Assembly: GCA_001643675.2 (NCBI GenBank)
Contig: LSRY02000013.1
Location: 186,001-250,000 of the forward strand
DNA length: 64,000 bases
Direction: 5' to 3'
Origin: Monocercomonoides exilis PA203
Lineage: Eukaryota; Protista; Preaxostyla
Part shown: one piece after another, positions 47,701 through 61,047 of the stretch
Layout: each line of letters starts with the position of its first letter
How positions within the stretch are numbered: position 1 is the first letter of the stretch
Position numbers and translations under genes: made by a program
Notes under the pieces: generated by a model
Databases searched by the model: none
The model's input: the letters and a program-made list of their open reading frames with translations, nothing else
What the model was told of the DNA's origin: nothing

Positions 47701-48923
47701 ACTGAAGCAGCTGCAGGGCGGGGCAGATGCACAGCAGGCAGAGCGGATGGGGAGGAGGATGATGAAAGAGGGGGCAAAGAGAAGGAAAGATGGGAAAGCG
47801 GTGTCTGCAGTCACACATATTGCACTGCCAGGGCAGAAGCGGACGCAGATGGTGGTGAGGAAGAGGATTGTGCATTCAGATGACTTCGACAAGCCAGACG
47901 AGGAAGTCGAAGAGCTGGTGGAGGAGGAGATGGACGATGACTTTGATGGAGTCAATCCAGATGATGATGACGATGACGATGAAGATTTCATTGGAGAAGA
48001 CGACGATGACATGAGCGATGTGCAACAAAGAATCCACTCCACTTCTGTCTCTCAGGCAGACAACATCGCCGCTGCTGCACAGGAAGACCTGGGTGCCATT
48101 GGGCTGAATGAAGAGGCGCTGTGCTCGAAGATCGGGCGAGTTCTGATCTCGCTGCACTATTTCAAGAAGGCCATTGCATTTTACGAGGATGTGGTGCAGA
48201 AGCACCCAGCATCGGGTCCTTTGAGGAGAGAGCTGGCGAGTCTGCAGATGAAGCTGAAGAACTACTCATTGGCAGAGGAGGTGATGGTGAGCGGGATGAA
48301 GAAGGCGCGCGAGCTGGCAGCGAGCGGGAGAGGGGGAAGTGGCACATCAACAGGGGTGATTGCAGGAGAAGGGTCGAAGGCAGACGGGAGAGGAGGGGGA
48401 AGAGAGAATATTTCTGTGGAGCTGACGCAGAACTCAGTAGCTGATCTGTACATGCTGTGCTGCATCCACCGCGCAGGGAACAGCGTGTCGCAGGCGATTG
48501 TCGATCTTGACAGGGCGCTGATGCAGCAGAATGCGCTTTTGGAGCATCTGCGCACGATTTCTGTGTCTTCGGTGCCTGTAGCATCAGGGGTAGGAGGGGC
48601 AGGGGGAATGATGATGATGACAGGGGCAGATCTGCTGCAGCAGGAGAGGCACGTGATGGCAGTGTTGTGTTCAGCAAAGGCAGATATCTTGTCATTACAA
48701 GGGGAGAAAGAGCAGGCGATTCGGATGCTGCGGGACGTGCTCAACTACGAAGAGAACAACGAAGAGGCGCTTCTGTCACTTGCAAGACTGTCACTCGATG
48801 GGAACAACTTGGACGAGTGTGAACAGCGCTGTGAACATCTGCTGAGGCTGAAGCAGAATAATGAAGAGGCACTGCTGATGCTGGCTGATATAAAGTGTGA
48901 TTTGATGGAATTTTTGGTTGAAA

Positions 48924-48957
<34 letters not shown>

Positions 48958-50578
48958 AAATTTGAATTATTCGTTTTTCCATTTTGGTATGTTCTTTTGA
49001 ACACTTTCATTCATATCTTTTTAAACAATTTTTGTTTCAAACATTTTTTTCAACTCAGATTCCAAAAGCGTGAATTCTCCTCCACCTCTACTCGTTTCCT
49101 GTCTCTTTTGAAGCAGAATCCTCTTCATTTCTCTGCACTCCACAAGACCATTCAGCTTCTCCACAGAGCAGGCCGACTGGACGATGTGCCCCAGCTGATT
49201 GAAGACGCCACAAGAGAAAGCAAAAAACTCAGCGGAAGCATCGCCCCTGGGCTGCACTTCTGCATTGGATGCTATGAAAGGTATTGGAATTACAGGAATC
49301 ATTCTATGATAACTAATTTTATAATCATAAATTTCATTTATTTTTATTGAATTCAATTATAAATAAATAAATAAATAAATAAATATTCGTCCTTAAAAAA
49401 TTTCAGATATCGCTACAACTACTCCGCAGCCATTGAGCACTTCAACCTGTGCCGCCGTGACTCTGAATGGGGTGTGGCAGCTGTCTCTCAAATGGTCCGC
49501 GTCTTCCTCAACTTCGAATTGGAGCGCAATGCCTCCGAAGCTGCTGCCCGCCCTGCGCCGCGCCTGTCGCGAGACGAGGAGGATGCGCTGGGCACAGCCC
49601 GTGCGCTGATCAGAGAGGCGAAGGAGGTGCTGAAGCAGTCGATGAACGGAGAGAGAGGGGAAGAAAGAGATGGCGCGAAGAAGCGGAAGGGGATGGCGAG
49701 CGAGAACGGGTGGCTGGACATGGACGTGATGGAGTTCTATGTGCTGTCGAGTGCGTTCTTCGGCGGGCTGACAGGCAGCACCGGCGGAAGAGGCGCGAGT
49801 GCCCCTGCGCCTGGCTGGAGCGATGCACAGCGAGATTTGGATGGCCTGCTGCAGCAGCTCGAGCGCTTCTCACACGCCGCAGAGGCGCCGATATCAGAGA
49901 CAGTACCTGTGCTGTTGGCACTTGCACACTACAGAAACAGAGCAGGCGATGCAACCACGACAAAGACACTTCTGAAGGAGATTGCTGCGATCACTCCCAC
50001 GCCGTCGCTGTTTGAGGAGTTTGAAAGGGCTTATCTGATGCTATCGGAGATATTTGTGGATGTATGAATGAAAGAATTTTGATATTGATTGTTCATTAAT
50101 CAACAATTGTTATTTTCTTTTTCCTTTTTCTTTTTTTTTTCAATTCTTAAACAAATCTTATCTTTCGATTATTTGTGAATTTCAGAAAAAGAAGTATGAT
50201 ATTGCTGAAGAATATTGTGGCAGATGCTTAGCTCTGAACAAATCATCTGCAAAGGCCCACTCTCTACTTGGGCTTGTGCTTGAGAGAGAGCAGTCGTACG
50301 TGTCAGCTGCAGAGCACTATGAAGTGGCGTGGAAGCTGCGCGAGAGGACAGACGCTGGACTGGGCTATCGATTGGCATTCAACTACATGAAGGGAGGAAG
50401 ATCAATGGATGCAATTGATGTGTGCAAGCAGGTGCTGGAGAAGTTCCCAGATTACCCAAAAATCAAAGAGGATATCATAGACAGATGCAGAGGGATGATA
50501 AGGATGCCTGCTCCTGAGGGCACCCAAGTCACAACAATGGCAACGCCAGTCTCCAGATTTGGTGGTGGAAAACGTTGA
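44742..50578 (+). CDS. TTC21B: Intraflagellar transport IFT-A subunit IFT139/TTC21B (TPR), multi-exon
   Basis: N-terminal ILYYLRNGLY...NDPVLNFWKAF; EEITITLATANALLMKGDI; C-terminal EREQSYVSAAEHYEVAWKL...GYRLAFNYMKGGR..DAIDVC.QVLEKFPDYPKIKEDIIDRCR typical of TTC21. Confidence 0.93.
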
Positions 50579-50739
50579 TATTTCTAATTCACATCATTTG
50601 CTGATTCTTCCTCTTTCCAATTTTTATCTTCAAGTCACCTTTACGCTTACTTGATTTTAATTTTTATAATCGCATGTTGTATAACGCCATTTCCTCACTT
50701 CCAATAAACAATTCAATTTTAATTGACAATATTTTGACT

Positions 50740-53700
50740 ATGGGTTCATCTGAATTTAATTCTTTGATTTCTTCATCCATAATGGATGAACAGATTGCAT
50801 TGCAAGGATATCCTGCAATAACTCAAGAGTCAGAAATATTGGAAGATTTTTTAAACGTTCTGATTGTGTGCTTCTTTGTTAAATCAGAAATTTTAAAATT
50901 TAAAATAATTTTTTTATATGAAAATAAAATTGAAAACAAAAGGGTATAAATGGAAAGTACATTTCTTTTCAAACAGTTGGAGGAAAAACTTCAGCTTCAA
51001 TTGATCCAAGTCTTGGTTTGAAAATGATTTTAAGAAAATTAGACAAATTTACGCATTTTTAAAATTAGATGTTTCAATCTCCGCATATTGCGAAAGAATT
51101 ATCCCACTTGCTTTGTCGTACATGCATCTTTCTCAATTTGTGAAGGAAAGATTGAACATTGACGAAGATACAGACAAAGATTCTCGAACAACTCTTCTTT
51201 CGAAGAAACCTGCCACAGGATTGATTTGCGAAGCATTCTGCGCATCGCTTGATGCTCTTCTTAAAGTTTGATTTGTGTTACTTTGCTTTTCATTTCCTTT
51301 GTAAATTTGAATTTTTTTCAGAAATATTGTGAATTTGTTCTTCAGTTGGAAGCGCAACATATTCAAGGACTTTTAACGCTTCAATTGTTGTACAATGCAA
51401 TTCAGCCATCATTTTCTTGCTTATCTGGAGTCGAAAAGGTAGTTTCTCTCATTGAGAGCGAGAAAGCATTCGGAGTATGATTCTAAGAATTCTTTTAAAA
51501 TATGATAAAACATTTCCTTTTGAAAAATAAGGCACACATTTTAAATATCCTCGTTATTCAAACAAGAGAAGTTGTGCAGAGTGACATATCGTTGCGAGAT
51601 ACGTTGATTGAACTCACAAGACATGCTTTTGTTCCATATTTATCGATGTTAAAGGAGTGGATTTATGGCGGAAACATAAAGGATCCATATCGTGAATTTA
51701 TGGTCGAACCATGCAATGCTTCTGTTCTCGCGAATGCAGCACAGACTGACATTGAGAATATGTGTGTTCTGTTGTGTCTTTCAAGAAATTGATAAAAAGG
51801 AAAACAGAAATTTTGAATATTTGAAAGAATGAGTTGAGAAATTTCAATTGACTATTTTTAGATATTCTTCAACAAAACTCTTAAAATTCATTTTTTTATT
51901 CTTTCTTATATTTGTCTCAATTTTATATAAATTTTTAGAACGTGGAACAAAAGTTTCAGAAAGAGGAAGATTTATCCAAAAATTCTGGAAGGAGATGTCG
52001 AAAAGATCTTTTTGTGTGGAAAATATGTTCATTCGATGATCAAAATGGGAAAGAAAATGCGGCGAGAATTGGACGGTTTGTTTTCAGTATTGTTGCATCT
52101 TCCTTTTGAAAGTTGTTCTTTGATCGTTGTTTTTTGATGTAAATGAATTGTTCACATTATCTCAGAAGAGTTTGAATATCGTTCTCCACAGACTTCTTTT
52201 TCTCCTCAGATAAACAGGGCTTTTGCTTCAGCTTCTCGCGATCTCGTTGAAATTATTGTTAAAGAAAAAGGGCTTATACAAAGATTAAAGTTTGACTTTA
52301 CATTCAGTTTATTAAGTTATCAATCAAAAATCACAATTTTCTTCAAAATTACTCTCATTTTGAAGATCTCTAAAATCAACGTTTCTTTTTGCAGAGGGTG
52401 ACTTCTTTGTGCTGTTTGCAGATATGGCTGAGTCTGAGCTGAAGAAGCCAGCAGCTGCTGTCTGCATTCCTCGTCTTGAGGCAATGTTGGATGTGGCATT
52501 GAGCTCAACAGGAACAGACGACGAGACTTTCAGAGAAGACTACGGGTGTGCTGTATTTCACTGAATTGTGCTTTTCGTTTTCAAAAAGAAAATGTTCTAT
52601 GAAACACATATTTTTCGTTCGCTTGTTTCTTTCTTTCTTTCTTTTGATTCTTTCACAAATTCGAAGGTGTGCCATGAGTGATACTCCATTCGTAGCTCAT
52701 CTTCAAGCCATCCACGAAGCATCTATCCGAAGAGAACGTCATTCACATTCTTCCTCTTCCAGTCAATCCAGACGCTCTCCCTCTCCTGCTCTTTCCACAT
52801 CACCAACACCTTCGCCCTCTCCTTCCTTGTCGCCTCCTCTTCACACTCCACTTCATTCCCTCTCCCCATCATCATCCACTGCACCATTTCCTTCACTGTC
52901 AACTCCTTCACAATCATCAAGTGCTTCATCTCCTTCTTCATCTCTCTCGCCTTCTGTTGCTGTGCTTCAACTGCATCCACCAGATTCCCATCCTCCATCT
53001 GGCTTTTCTGCACTGGAACTCACACACAACGTGTCATTTCCATTAAACATTGTTATCGATCTGAAATCTCTCTTAAAATATCAACTGATTTTCAGACACA
53101 TCTTCCTGCTGAAAATGGTTGAAAGAAGACTTTGCAGAATATGGAAAGTGATGCAAATGACAAAAGGTTTGATTTGCTATATAAACATTTTTGTTTTTCA
53201 ATTATCAAATATTTTTTGTATTTTTTGTTTGTTTTTTAATGTTTGATATTTTTTAAAGTTCTCAAGAGTGATTTTGGAGGGCCAATGAGCGTGTTTGGGC
53301 GTTGCGAACGGTTGAGACAAACGTTTCTGCATCTCATTCAAAACATCCTCTTTTTCACGACACAGCAAGTGATTGAGCCAGCCTGGAAAGAGCTGATGAA
53401 AGGAATAGCAACGGTATGTCATTCAACAATCTGTAAAAGCACTTAACAATTTTTCAATCTTTATAAATTATTTTGTCTCTTGTTTAGGCTGATCGAATTG
53501 AAGATCTTATTCAAAGGCACACAAACTTCATTGATAACATTTTGAAGGATTCATTAATGACAAATCAGACAGTTATTACAGTTTGTTTATCATTTTGAAC
53601 AACATATTTAATTCAATTGTTATCATGTTTTTTGAATTCTTTCTTCGGAACATTTATTTATTTATCTTTTTTCTTTTGCTGTAAGCTTCTAACAACCATT

Positions 53701-54139
53701 GAAGCTCAATGTCTTGCCTTCTGCGATGCAGTGGAAGAGTTCTATCCCAAACCATACACCGTTCCCGACATCTCAGCACAGCGCGATCCGCTCCGAAGGC
53801 CGCAATCAGAAGCCTTTTTGAGTGTGTCTGTTCCACGCCCTATTATTGCCTCGCGCTCAATCAGAACTTTGACCATTGAAAAGCTTGTTCCGCTGGACAG
53901 CAATCCCACATTCATCCAAATCATTGCGGATTGCGAGATGAAAATAAACACACGCATAAATGAACTCATGGGAGAGTTGCTGAAACTAGTGTGCCTTTTT
54001 GTTATTCTGATTTTTATTTAAAAGATTTCTTTCTTTAACTTATATTTTCGAACATATTCAGTCTGCTGTGGAAATGGGAATTGTTCATCTTGTTACGTTT
54101 CTGGATCTTCACGAACGGTTCATTCCAAAAAGGAAATGA
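50740..54139 (+). CDS. TUBGCP2: Gamma-tubulin complex component 2 (GCP2/Spc97), many exons
   Basis: QESEILEDFLNVLI|GINGKYI, PYLSMLKEWIYGGNIKDPYREFMV, EKIFLCGKY, RSLKSTFLFAEGDFFVLFADMAESELKKP, FPLNIVIDLKSLLKYQLIFRHIF..K.VERRLC..W, VIEPAW. Confidence 0.9.
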
Positions 54140-54585
54140 AAATTTTATTTGGCTTATTTTTTATTTTTATTTCTTCATTTCAAATTTCAAATTTTCTGGT
54201 TTCATTGTTCAAAAGTAATTAAATGAAGAATGAAATGAAAAGTAAGAAAACCGCCACAGTGAAATGAATCACTATTTGGCAGAAGAAAATCATCGGAGAA
54301 ACAAAAATCGATCGGAAAACAAAAATAACGAGAAGTGCTGTGATTGTGACTGATAAAATAAAGACTGAGAAGTTTAGTAACTGCGAAAAAGCAAAAAGTG
54401 TTTGCATTCCATCCAACGTGACAACATCGAAATGGAAGCAAAATATGCACTGGCAACAAAAGAGATTTGAACAGGGCAGAAACATGCCTTCATTCAAACG
54501 CAAAGACAGAAGGAAAATGTTAACATAGTCGAAGAATATCGTTATAAAAATAATTAAACAAAACAAAACAAAAATTAAAATGATT

Positions 54586-57500
54586 TTAAGGCTTTTTCAC
54601 AGAAACCACTCTCACAGTGCCTCTTCCTGAGGATGTTGCTGGTTTCGGGCGACTTCCATCGACAGAGCCAGGCGAAGAGAGTGTTTTGTGGAGCGGCTGG
54701 CTCGTATTCACAGTCATCACACCAGGCCTTGTGCGTTTGGCACCTGATGAGGATGAAGGAGTAGATGGAATGGCAGATGAGCCAGAGGAAGAAGAGGAGT
54801 GTGTCATCTGAGAAGACATGCTGATAGACGAAGAGGCAGATGAAGGCGATTGCATGTTCAGTGTTCCGCTGCCGGAATACGTTGGCATAGACGACGTTGA
54901 GGAATTGCCAGACGAAATCATCCGAATCGGAGGCTTTTTCACTGGTGCTGATTTCTGAGTGGTTATTCCTGGGTGTTTTGCAGAGCTCATTGACTGGTCA
55001 GCTTCGTCCTGAGACTCGTTGCTGAGTGGAGTGCCACCAGAAAGCACCTGCTGCGAATACGAAGGAGAGAAAGGCGAACGGCCGAGCGGTGTCAGCGGCT
55101 GAGGCGACTCTGGCACAGAGATTTGATAGAGCGATGGCTTCACTTGTCCAGATGCTGGCGGGGTGATTGGAGGAACAGGTCCGCTGCTCGGCTTTTTGTG
55201 CATGGAGGAGTGTGGCTGGCGCACGTTGGAGCTGTCAGACAGCGATGTGCCGATCTCAATCACCGACGTGCCAACCATCATCGAGCCAGACGAGCTGCCC
55301 ATTGATTGCTTTGAGCCTTTCTTTAGCTCCAGCGACGATCTCTCAAACACACCCGAAGAGATTGTGCCACTGGCGCTTGATGGGATGGAGCTACTGGAGG
55401 CGCTGGGCGCCATTGCAAGCGACTCATCTGCCTCTGCATCGACTGGAAGTGATCTGTCCTCAAACTGCCTATCTCCACGTGCCCAGTCTTCATCGTCTGT
55501 GCCTTCTTTGTCTCCATCGCCAGCTATTAGCATCGGATCCTCCAGCTGAATCTCTGGAATGCGCTGCTCGTCAATAGACTGCATGAACTGCAGGCGGTTG
55601 GCTTGGAGGTTGACTATGCAGATGTGCAGCTCTGGGAAGATACGGGTGAGTGTGGAGAAGAGCGGATACACACAATAGTCAATCATGTTTGTCATCATCT
55701 TCGCGATGTTGGAGTTTGATCTTGTCATGTACGGTGAGCGTGGTAAGTCTTGTTCGACTTCTTTGTCTCCTTGCTGAAGAAACTCCTCCTGCATCAGTTC
55801 TGACCATCGCTTGCAGATTCTCCACTGTTTGCATGTGTTGCTCAGATCGGCTGCATGAAGCAGAGTGCAGATGAGCAGCTGTCTGTCATCGGGGCTGTCG
55901 CGAGAGAAGGGCTTTGTCTCGATGTGAGTAGCTAATCGAGTCAGTGTGGTGAAGTGAGATGACATGTCTGTTGCAAGAATCCCCGAGATCACGTTTCTCC
56001 GGAGCTCAATGTATTCCTCCGATGTCAGCTGTTTCAGCAGCTCTGTCCGCCCCAACAGCGCAAAGCAACGAGAGGCGTGGAAGTTCTCGAGAACAGAAAT
56101 ATCGTTGTAGTTCAGAGCGAGTGGTGTCTGGGCATTGACTTGGTACAAGTTGTTCAGTCCAGGATGATCAATATCTTGACACAAAGCACCAATAAACAGC
56201 GCAAGAATGTCCAGTTTTGTGAGGAATTTGGTTACTTTTGTGTTTGTCAGAATAAGAAAGATTGTCTGCAGTGTGTCGAAGGCGTGAGTGTAGTTGTGGT
56301 ACGGAGTCTGTGTGAATGACTGGCGCAGCTCAACAAGAAAATTGCGAAAAACTTTCAGATCAATCTTGAATCGCTGCAGAAGCCCGAATTCGTTGAACAT
56401 GCCTTCGATGAAGGACAGCAGCGCGTCGTGTGAGAACGAGAACACGTTGAATCCCCAGTCCTTTAGCATGCTTGTGTCACCCATTGAGGCAAAGTCCACT
56501 TGATCCAGAAGGCGAGGATCAGTTGCCTTCCTCCTCTCTTCTGACTGGAATTCTCCAATGATCCACTGTCGTGTCATGTCATCCACTCCGCACTCTTTGA
56601 AGAGCTTCTTGAACTGAGGCTTGTACAAGTCTTCGGCTGAGAGTGAAGTGACCATTTGCGTCAGCGCTTTCTTCAAGTCAGCTGGCTTCATCTTTTGATC
56701 GCCTCGAACAATATCAGCCACTGAGCGTGTCAAAGTTTGAATTGGTGTTTCTGATGCTCGTGAAATGCGCTGTGTCATGTCCTTTGCTTCCTTCATTACG
56801 GGTGGTGGAATGGAGTCTGCTATTGTGCAAAGAGGTACCTCTGCTGGTTGAGGTGTAGCATTTGGCTTTGACGAAAATGCTCCAACAATAAGTCTGGCAA
56901 AATTTGCAGACTTTTGCTTTTCTTTTGCGATTTCTTCGTCTTTTTGTTTAATGAGCTCTTCGAGTGAAGCTATGTCATCCGCGGATTGTTCAACCTCACC
57001 AGTAAGTTGCTCCACTCTGTGGATCATTTCTTGAAATGCTTTAACATCACTTTTTCTTTGTTCTGCATCAGCATCTCTTTCGTATCCCATATATGTCAGC
57101 TTACGCTTTAAAAGAGAATTCTGTAAAAGAATTCCAACACGTGCTCGAACCATCTCTGCAGATATTGGTACTTGAAATACATCGGCTGCTCCTTCTTTGT
57201 AGCAACGCCTCATGGAATCAATACCTTCATTCATTGAAACAATAATTACATTCATCCCAGGGAAGCTATTTTTAATCGTTTTGAGAAGCTCAAGTCCGCT
57301 CTGCTCCTGTAAACTTAAAGATACAAAAACTAAATGAATTTCTTGTGTTGCAAGAATATTCATTGCTTCTTCTGCATTCTTTGCACAAACGACTAGAAAA
57401 GAAAAAAGCAATAGTGATGGATGATTAACAAAAACGAAAATGACATTCAAATAAACCAGTATATGATCCAGAAAGAATCGTGTTGACCGCTTGTGTTGTT

Positions 57501-57589
57501 AATTTTTCCATTCCAACAATAAGCATTGGCATTTTATAAATTTCTTCAGCATCACTAAGTGCTGCCGAATCAGTTGTTGTTTCTGACAT
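54586..57589 (-). CDS. Receiver-like domain + coiled coil + class I cyclic-nucleotide phosphodiesterase domain (RegA-like architecture, key residues substituted), Ser/Pro-rich tail
   Basis: CAKNAEEAMNIL...SGLELLKTIK...GAAD (receiver fold). PYHNYTHAFD, DIDHPGLNN, SVLEN, ILATDM, HAADLSN, EEFLQQGD (PDE). Exon 1 starts at ATG 57589. Confidence 0.88.
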
Positions 57590-57747
57590 AAATAACCCCT
57601 GATTCTTTGATAAACTTGATCGATATGATCAAATTGCCCCTTCATATTATTATTTTTTAAATTTTTTGGTAAATATTAAATTTTAAAACAGAAAAGTATC
57701 AAAATATAAAAATTAGAAACTGCACAAAATCTTTTCGATTTCTTTGA

Positions 57748-60700
57748 TTAAATAAGTTTTGAAGCAGATCTCCCTCGTCTTTGTGTTGATTCTTTACTAA
57801 ATTCGTTGAAAGAAAGAGTTTTCTTGGATTCATTCTGTTTTCTTGCATTTTCAAGCTCTTTTTGTTCAATTGAACGTGCCCGAGTAAAGAATCGTTGTTG
57901 AGTTTTCGAGGTCACATTTTTGCGAGGTGTATAATTTTGAGAAGAATTGGCCTTTGAATAGATTCTCTGTGAAGGAGTTGTGGATTTAGTTCTTCTTTCA
58001 GGTGATCTTGATGGAGATCTCGAAAAGTCCAGGAAAATATGTGGCTTCTCATCAAAAGCATCGTCTAATTCTGAGTCCAAACTGCCTTTTTGCTGATCTC
58101 CTTCTTTTGTTTTTGTGGGAATGATAAGTCGAGAAACAGATGAACTCCTTGGAGGAGTAGAAGTCAGCGGAGGAAAAGAGGAATGAAATGGTGTTGGTGA
58201 ATTGCTGAATTGATTGAATTGCTGAAATGATTGAGATGTTGTCTGAGATGAATGAAAAGAGGAGGAAATTTTCCCACCTGGTGGAAAGACAAGTTGTGGT
58301 GAAACTAAAGGTGGCTCGAAAAGTTCAATTGTGGAATTGTCAATCGTTCCGGGTGTCTGTGTATTGTCAGAAGAAGTTGATTGTTCTTTTTTCTTTTTCT
58401 TCTTTTTCTTCTTGACAATTACTGGTTTTATTGCTTCGATCTGAGAAGATGTGATTTCGCCTTCTTCTTCTTCTGCCTTTTGCTTTGTTCCTTTCTCTTC
58501 GGATAATTCTGTTGCTTTATCAGAGTTTTCCTTTTGAACAGATGAAGCATCGTTCTCCTTATTCTTTGTATTCGTTTCATCTGTTACTTCTCTTTCCTTT
58601 GACTCTTCTGTGTTTGCTTCTGCTAAGATTGGATTTACAGCGTCTAAATTCAAATGCAATTGAGTCTGTGAATTAGATGGAGGAGATGAAGATTGTGGAG
58701 ATTGAGGAGATCGTGTTGTGTGTTTGTGATGATGGTGATGATGTGATTGATGTGGTCTGCTTTTGTGCTCTTTTTTCTTTCTCTTTTGTTTGTGTGTATG
58801 CTTCCCTGCTTCTTCTTTGTCTTCGTCCAAAATATGTGCATCAGCCCCTTTATTTTCTTCTTGCTCGTTTTCAACTTGTTGGGTAGCAGATGCCCTTTGA
58901 TGGTCAGATTTTGTATCTGAATGTTTTGTCTCTGGGCTGTTTCGCTCTGCTTTGTCTATTATTGTCTGACTTGAAGATTGTTCATCGCTCTGCTTCTTTT
59001 GATATCTGTTGGAAATATCTGTTTCTTCACACTTATTCTCAGTGTTTTCTTTTTTAACTTCAGTTGATGATGTTTCATTTGGTTCTTTTGTTTTGAGATT
59101 TGCAGAATCTTCATCTTCTTCAGCTTCTTCATCATCTTCATCGGAAAGAGATGGAAGTGAAAATACAGAAACATTTGATTCAGATGATCTGCGCTGTGAC
59201 AAAGATGAACCATCAATATCTTCGCTTTTGTGCGAATAATCATTTGAATGTGTTTCATCTTTATCTGACGAGCTTTTCTCCAAATTTTCTTCTTCTTCCT
59301 TCTCTTTCATTTCTTTATCACATTCTCTCTGATTGAATGTTAGATCATTTTCTTTTTCTGTTGCCGCATTTTGTTCTTTTATTTCTAAATCAATCCTTTG
59401 AGGACTCTTTGATATTTCTTTCATATTTCTATTCTCAACTTTATTCTTTCTTTCATCATCATTGTCATCGTCATTGCCATCATTATTATTTACCTTATCC
59501 TTTGTTGTTTCACTATTTGCATTGTGTTTGTCGTTTGTTAATGGAATATCCACATTAAATGATGCAAGAAGCTTCTGAAGAGAAGATGACCAATCGATGT
59601 GTGGTTCTTTCTGTGCTTCATCTTCAGTAAAATTTTTATCTTTTGTTTCTTTTAGCTTTTGTGAATTTGATAAAGAATTTTCCATATTAGAATCAGTTGA
59701 TTGTCGAAGTGTTTCTTTATCTTCAGTCGAAATCCCAGTTTCAATGTTTGTGAGTGTGTCTGTTTGAAGTGCAGATGTAGAGCTCATCAATCCATCTTCA
59801 GCATCTCGAGGATCGCTACATTGAGAATGGTTATTAGATTCAGATTTTGAAGGTGTTGCAAGGAGTGATGTGGAAGGCTGAGGAGTTGGAGAAGAAGAAT
59901 TTGTTTGAAATGGAAGTGTTTGAGTTTGTGAAGTGCTTTGCGCGAGTGATGGAGGCAGATCAAGTGTTGAGCGAAATGGAGATGATGAATGATGCAGAAG
60001 ACGTGAAATTGTACGTGATGGTGAGGGGTGTGCAGATGGGATTGCATAGGAAGGAGACAGCGAGCGTGATGAACGGAATGGAGAAGATGAGATAGCAGAT
60101 GTCTGTGTTTGTGTTCTTGACTGATGAGGAGAAAGCTGTATTGGTGATAACTGAATAGAAGTGTTTAACGGAGAAATAAACACAGAGTTTGATGATGCAG
60201 CCATATTTGCATATGCTTCTTGCTTCTTTTCTTCTTCTTTCTCCCTCTTCCATCTTTCAAATAAAGTAGGTGGCCTTTTCTCCTCTGAAAGAAGTTTGAA
60301 AAGCTTCTGCTGCTCACGATGAGAAAATCGTTTATCCAACGTTGGAAAACATAATCTTTCAATTTTTGCTGGGGTTATGTTTTCGGCATTCTGAGAATTG
60401 CTATCATTTTCTATTAGTTCTTCTGTAGCATTTTGTTTGACTTCATTTTCCTTCATTTTTTGAAGCTCCTGTTCCAGTTGACTAATTTTTTCCTTCATCT
60501 TTCTAAAAACGATAATGCATTTTTAAATTAAAAACAATATATTGATTTAATACTTCTTTTCTGATTCAAGTTGGGTAATCTGCGCGGTGAGTTCATCTTT
60601 TAACTAGAATATGGAAAATTAACAGAAATAAAAAATGGATAGAGCGGACCTTGTTTTTATCTTGAGTAACTTTTTCAACAACATCCAAAACGCCTTGCAT

Positions 60701-60826
60701 CTCAAGTTCATGATCTTCTTTCAGTTCGTCAAGTTTTCTTTTCAATAATTCATTTTCCTTGCGTACTTCTTCGCTTTCATCTTCGCTTTCCTCGTACGAA
60801 GACTCTTCTTCGCTCTCATCCGACAT
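57748..60826 (-). CDS. Hypothetical protein: N-terminal coiled coil, long Ser/Glu/Lys-rich disordered region, 3 exons
   Basis: Exons from ATG 60826 splice in frame (KNK|LKDELTAQITQLESEK|KMKEK) into the 916-aa ORF. No recognised domain. Confidence 0.7.
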
Positions 60827-61047
60827 TAGATGAAAAAGATTTTTGAAACTTGATCTGATTTTTCTTTTTCAGGAAAAACGAAATTTCACTTGTTTCATTT
60901 CAATTTCATATCTCAATGTTAATAATCGGACGAACGAATTTTTAATTATTTTTCTTAGAAAGATTTTTTATTCTTATGGGGGCAATAACCGCTTCATTTG
61001 CTTTTTATTGCGTATAAATAATAAAGGTGTAATCAGCTCTTACTGAT

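Noticed and set aside
39739-54139. Arl, anoctamin, IFT139 and GCP2 as a co-regulated ciliary cluster
   Set aside because: Cytoskeletal genes are common in flagellate genomes, and no shared regulatory signal is visible.
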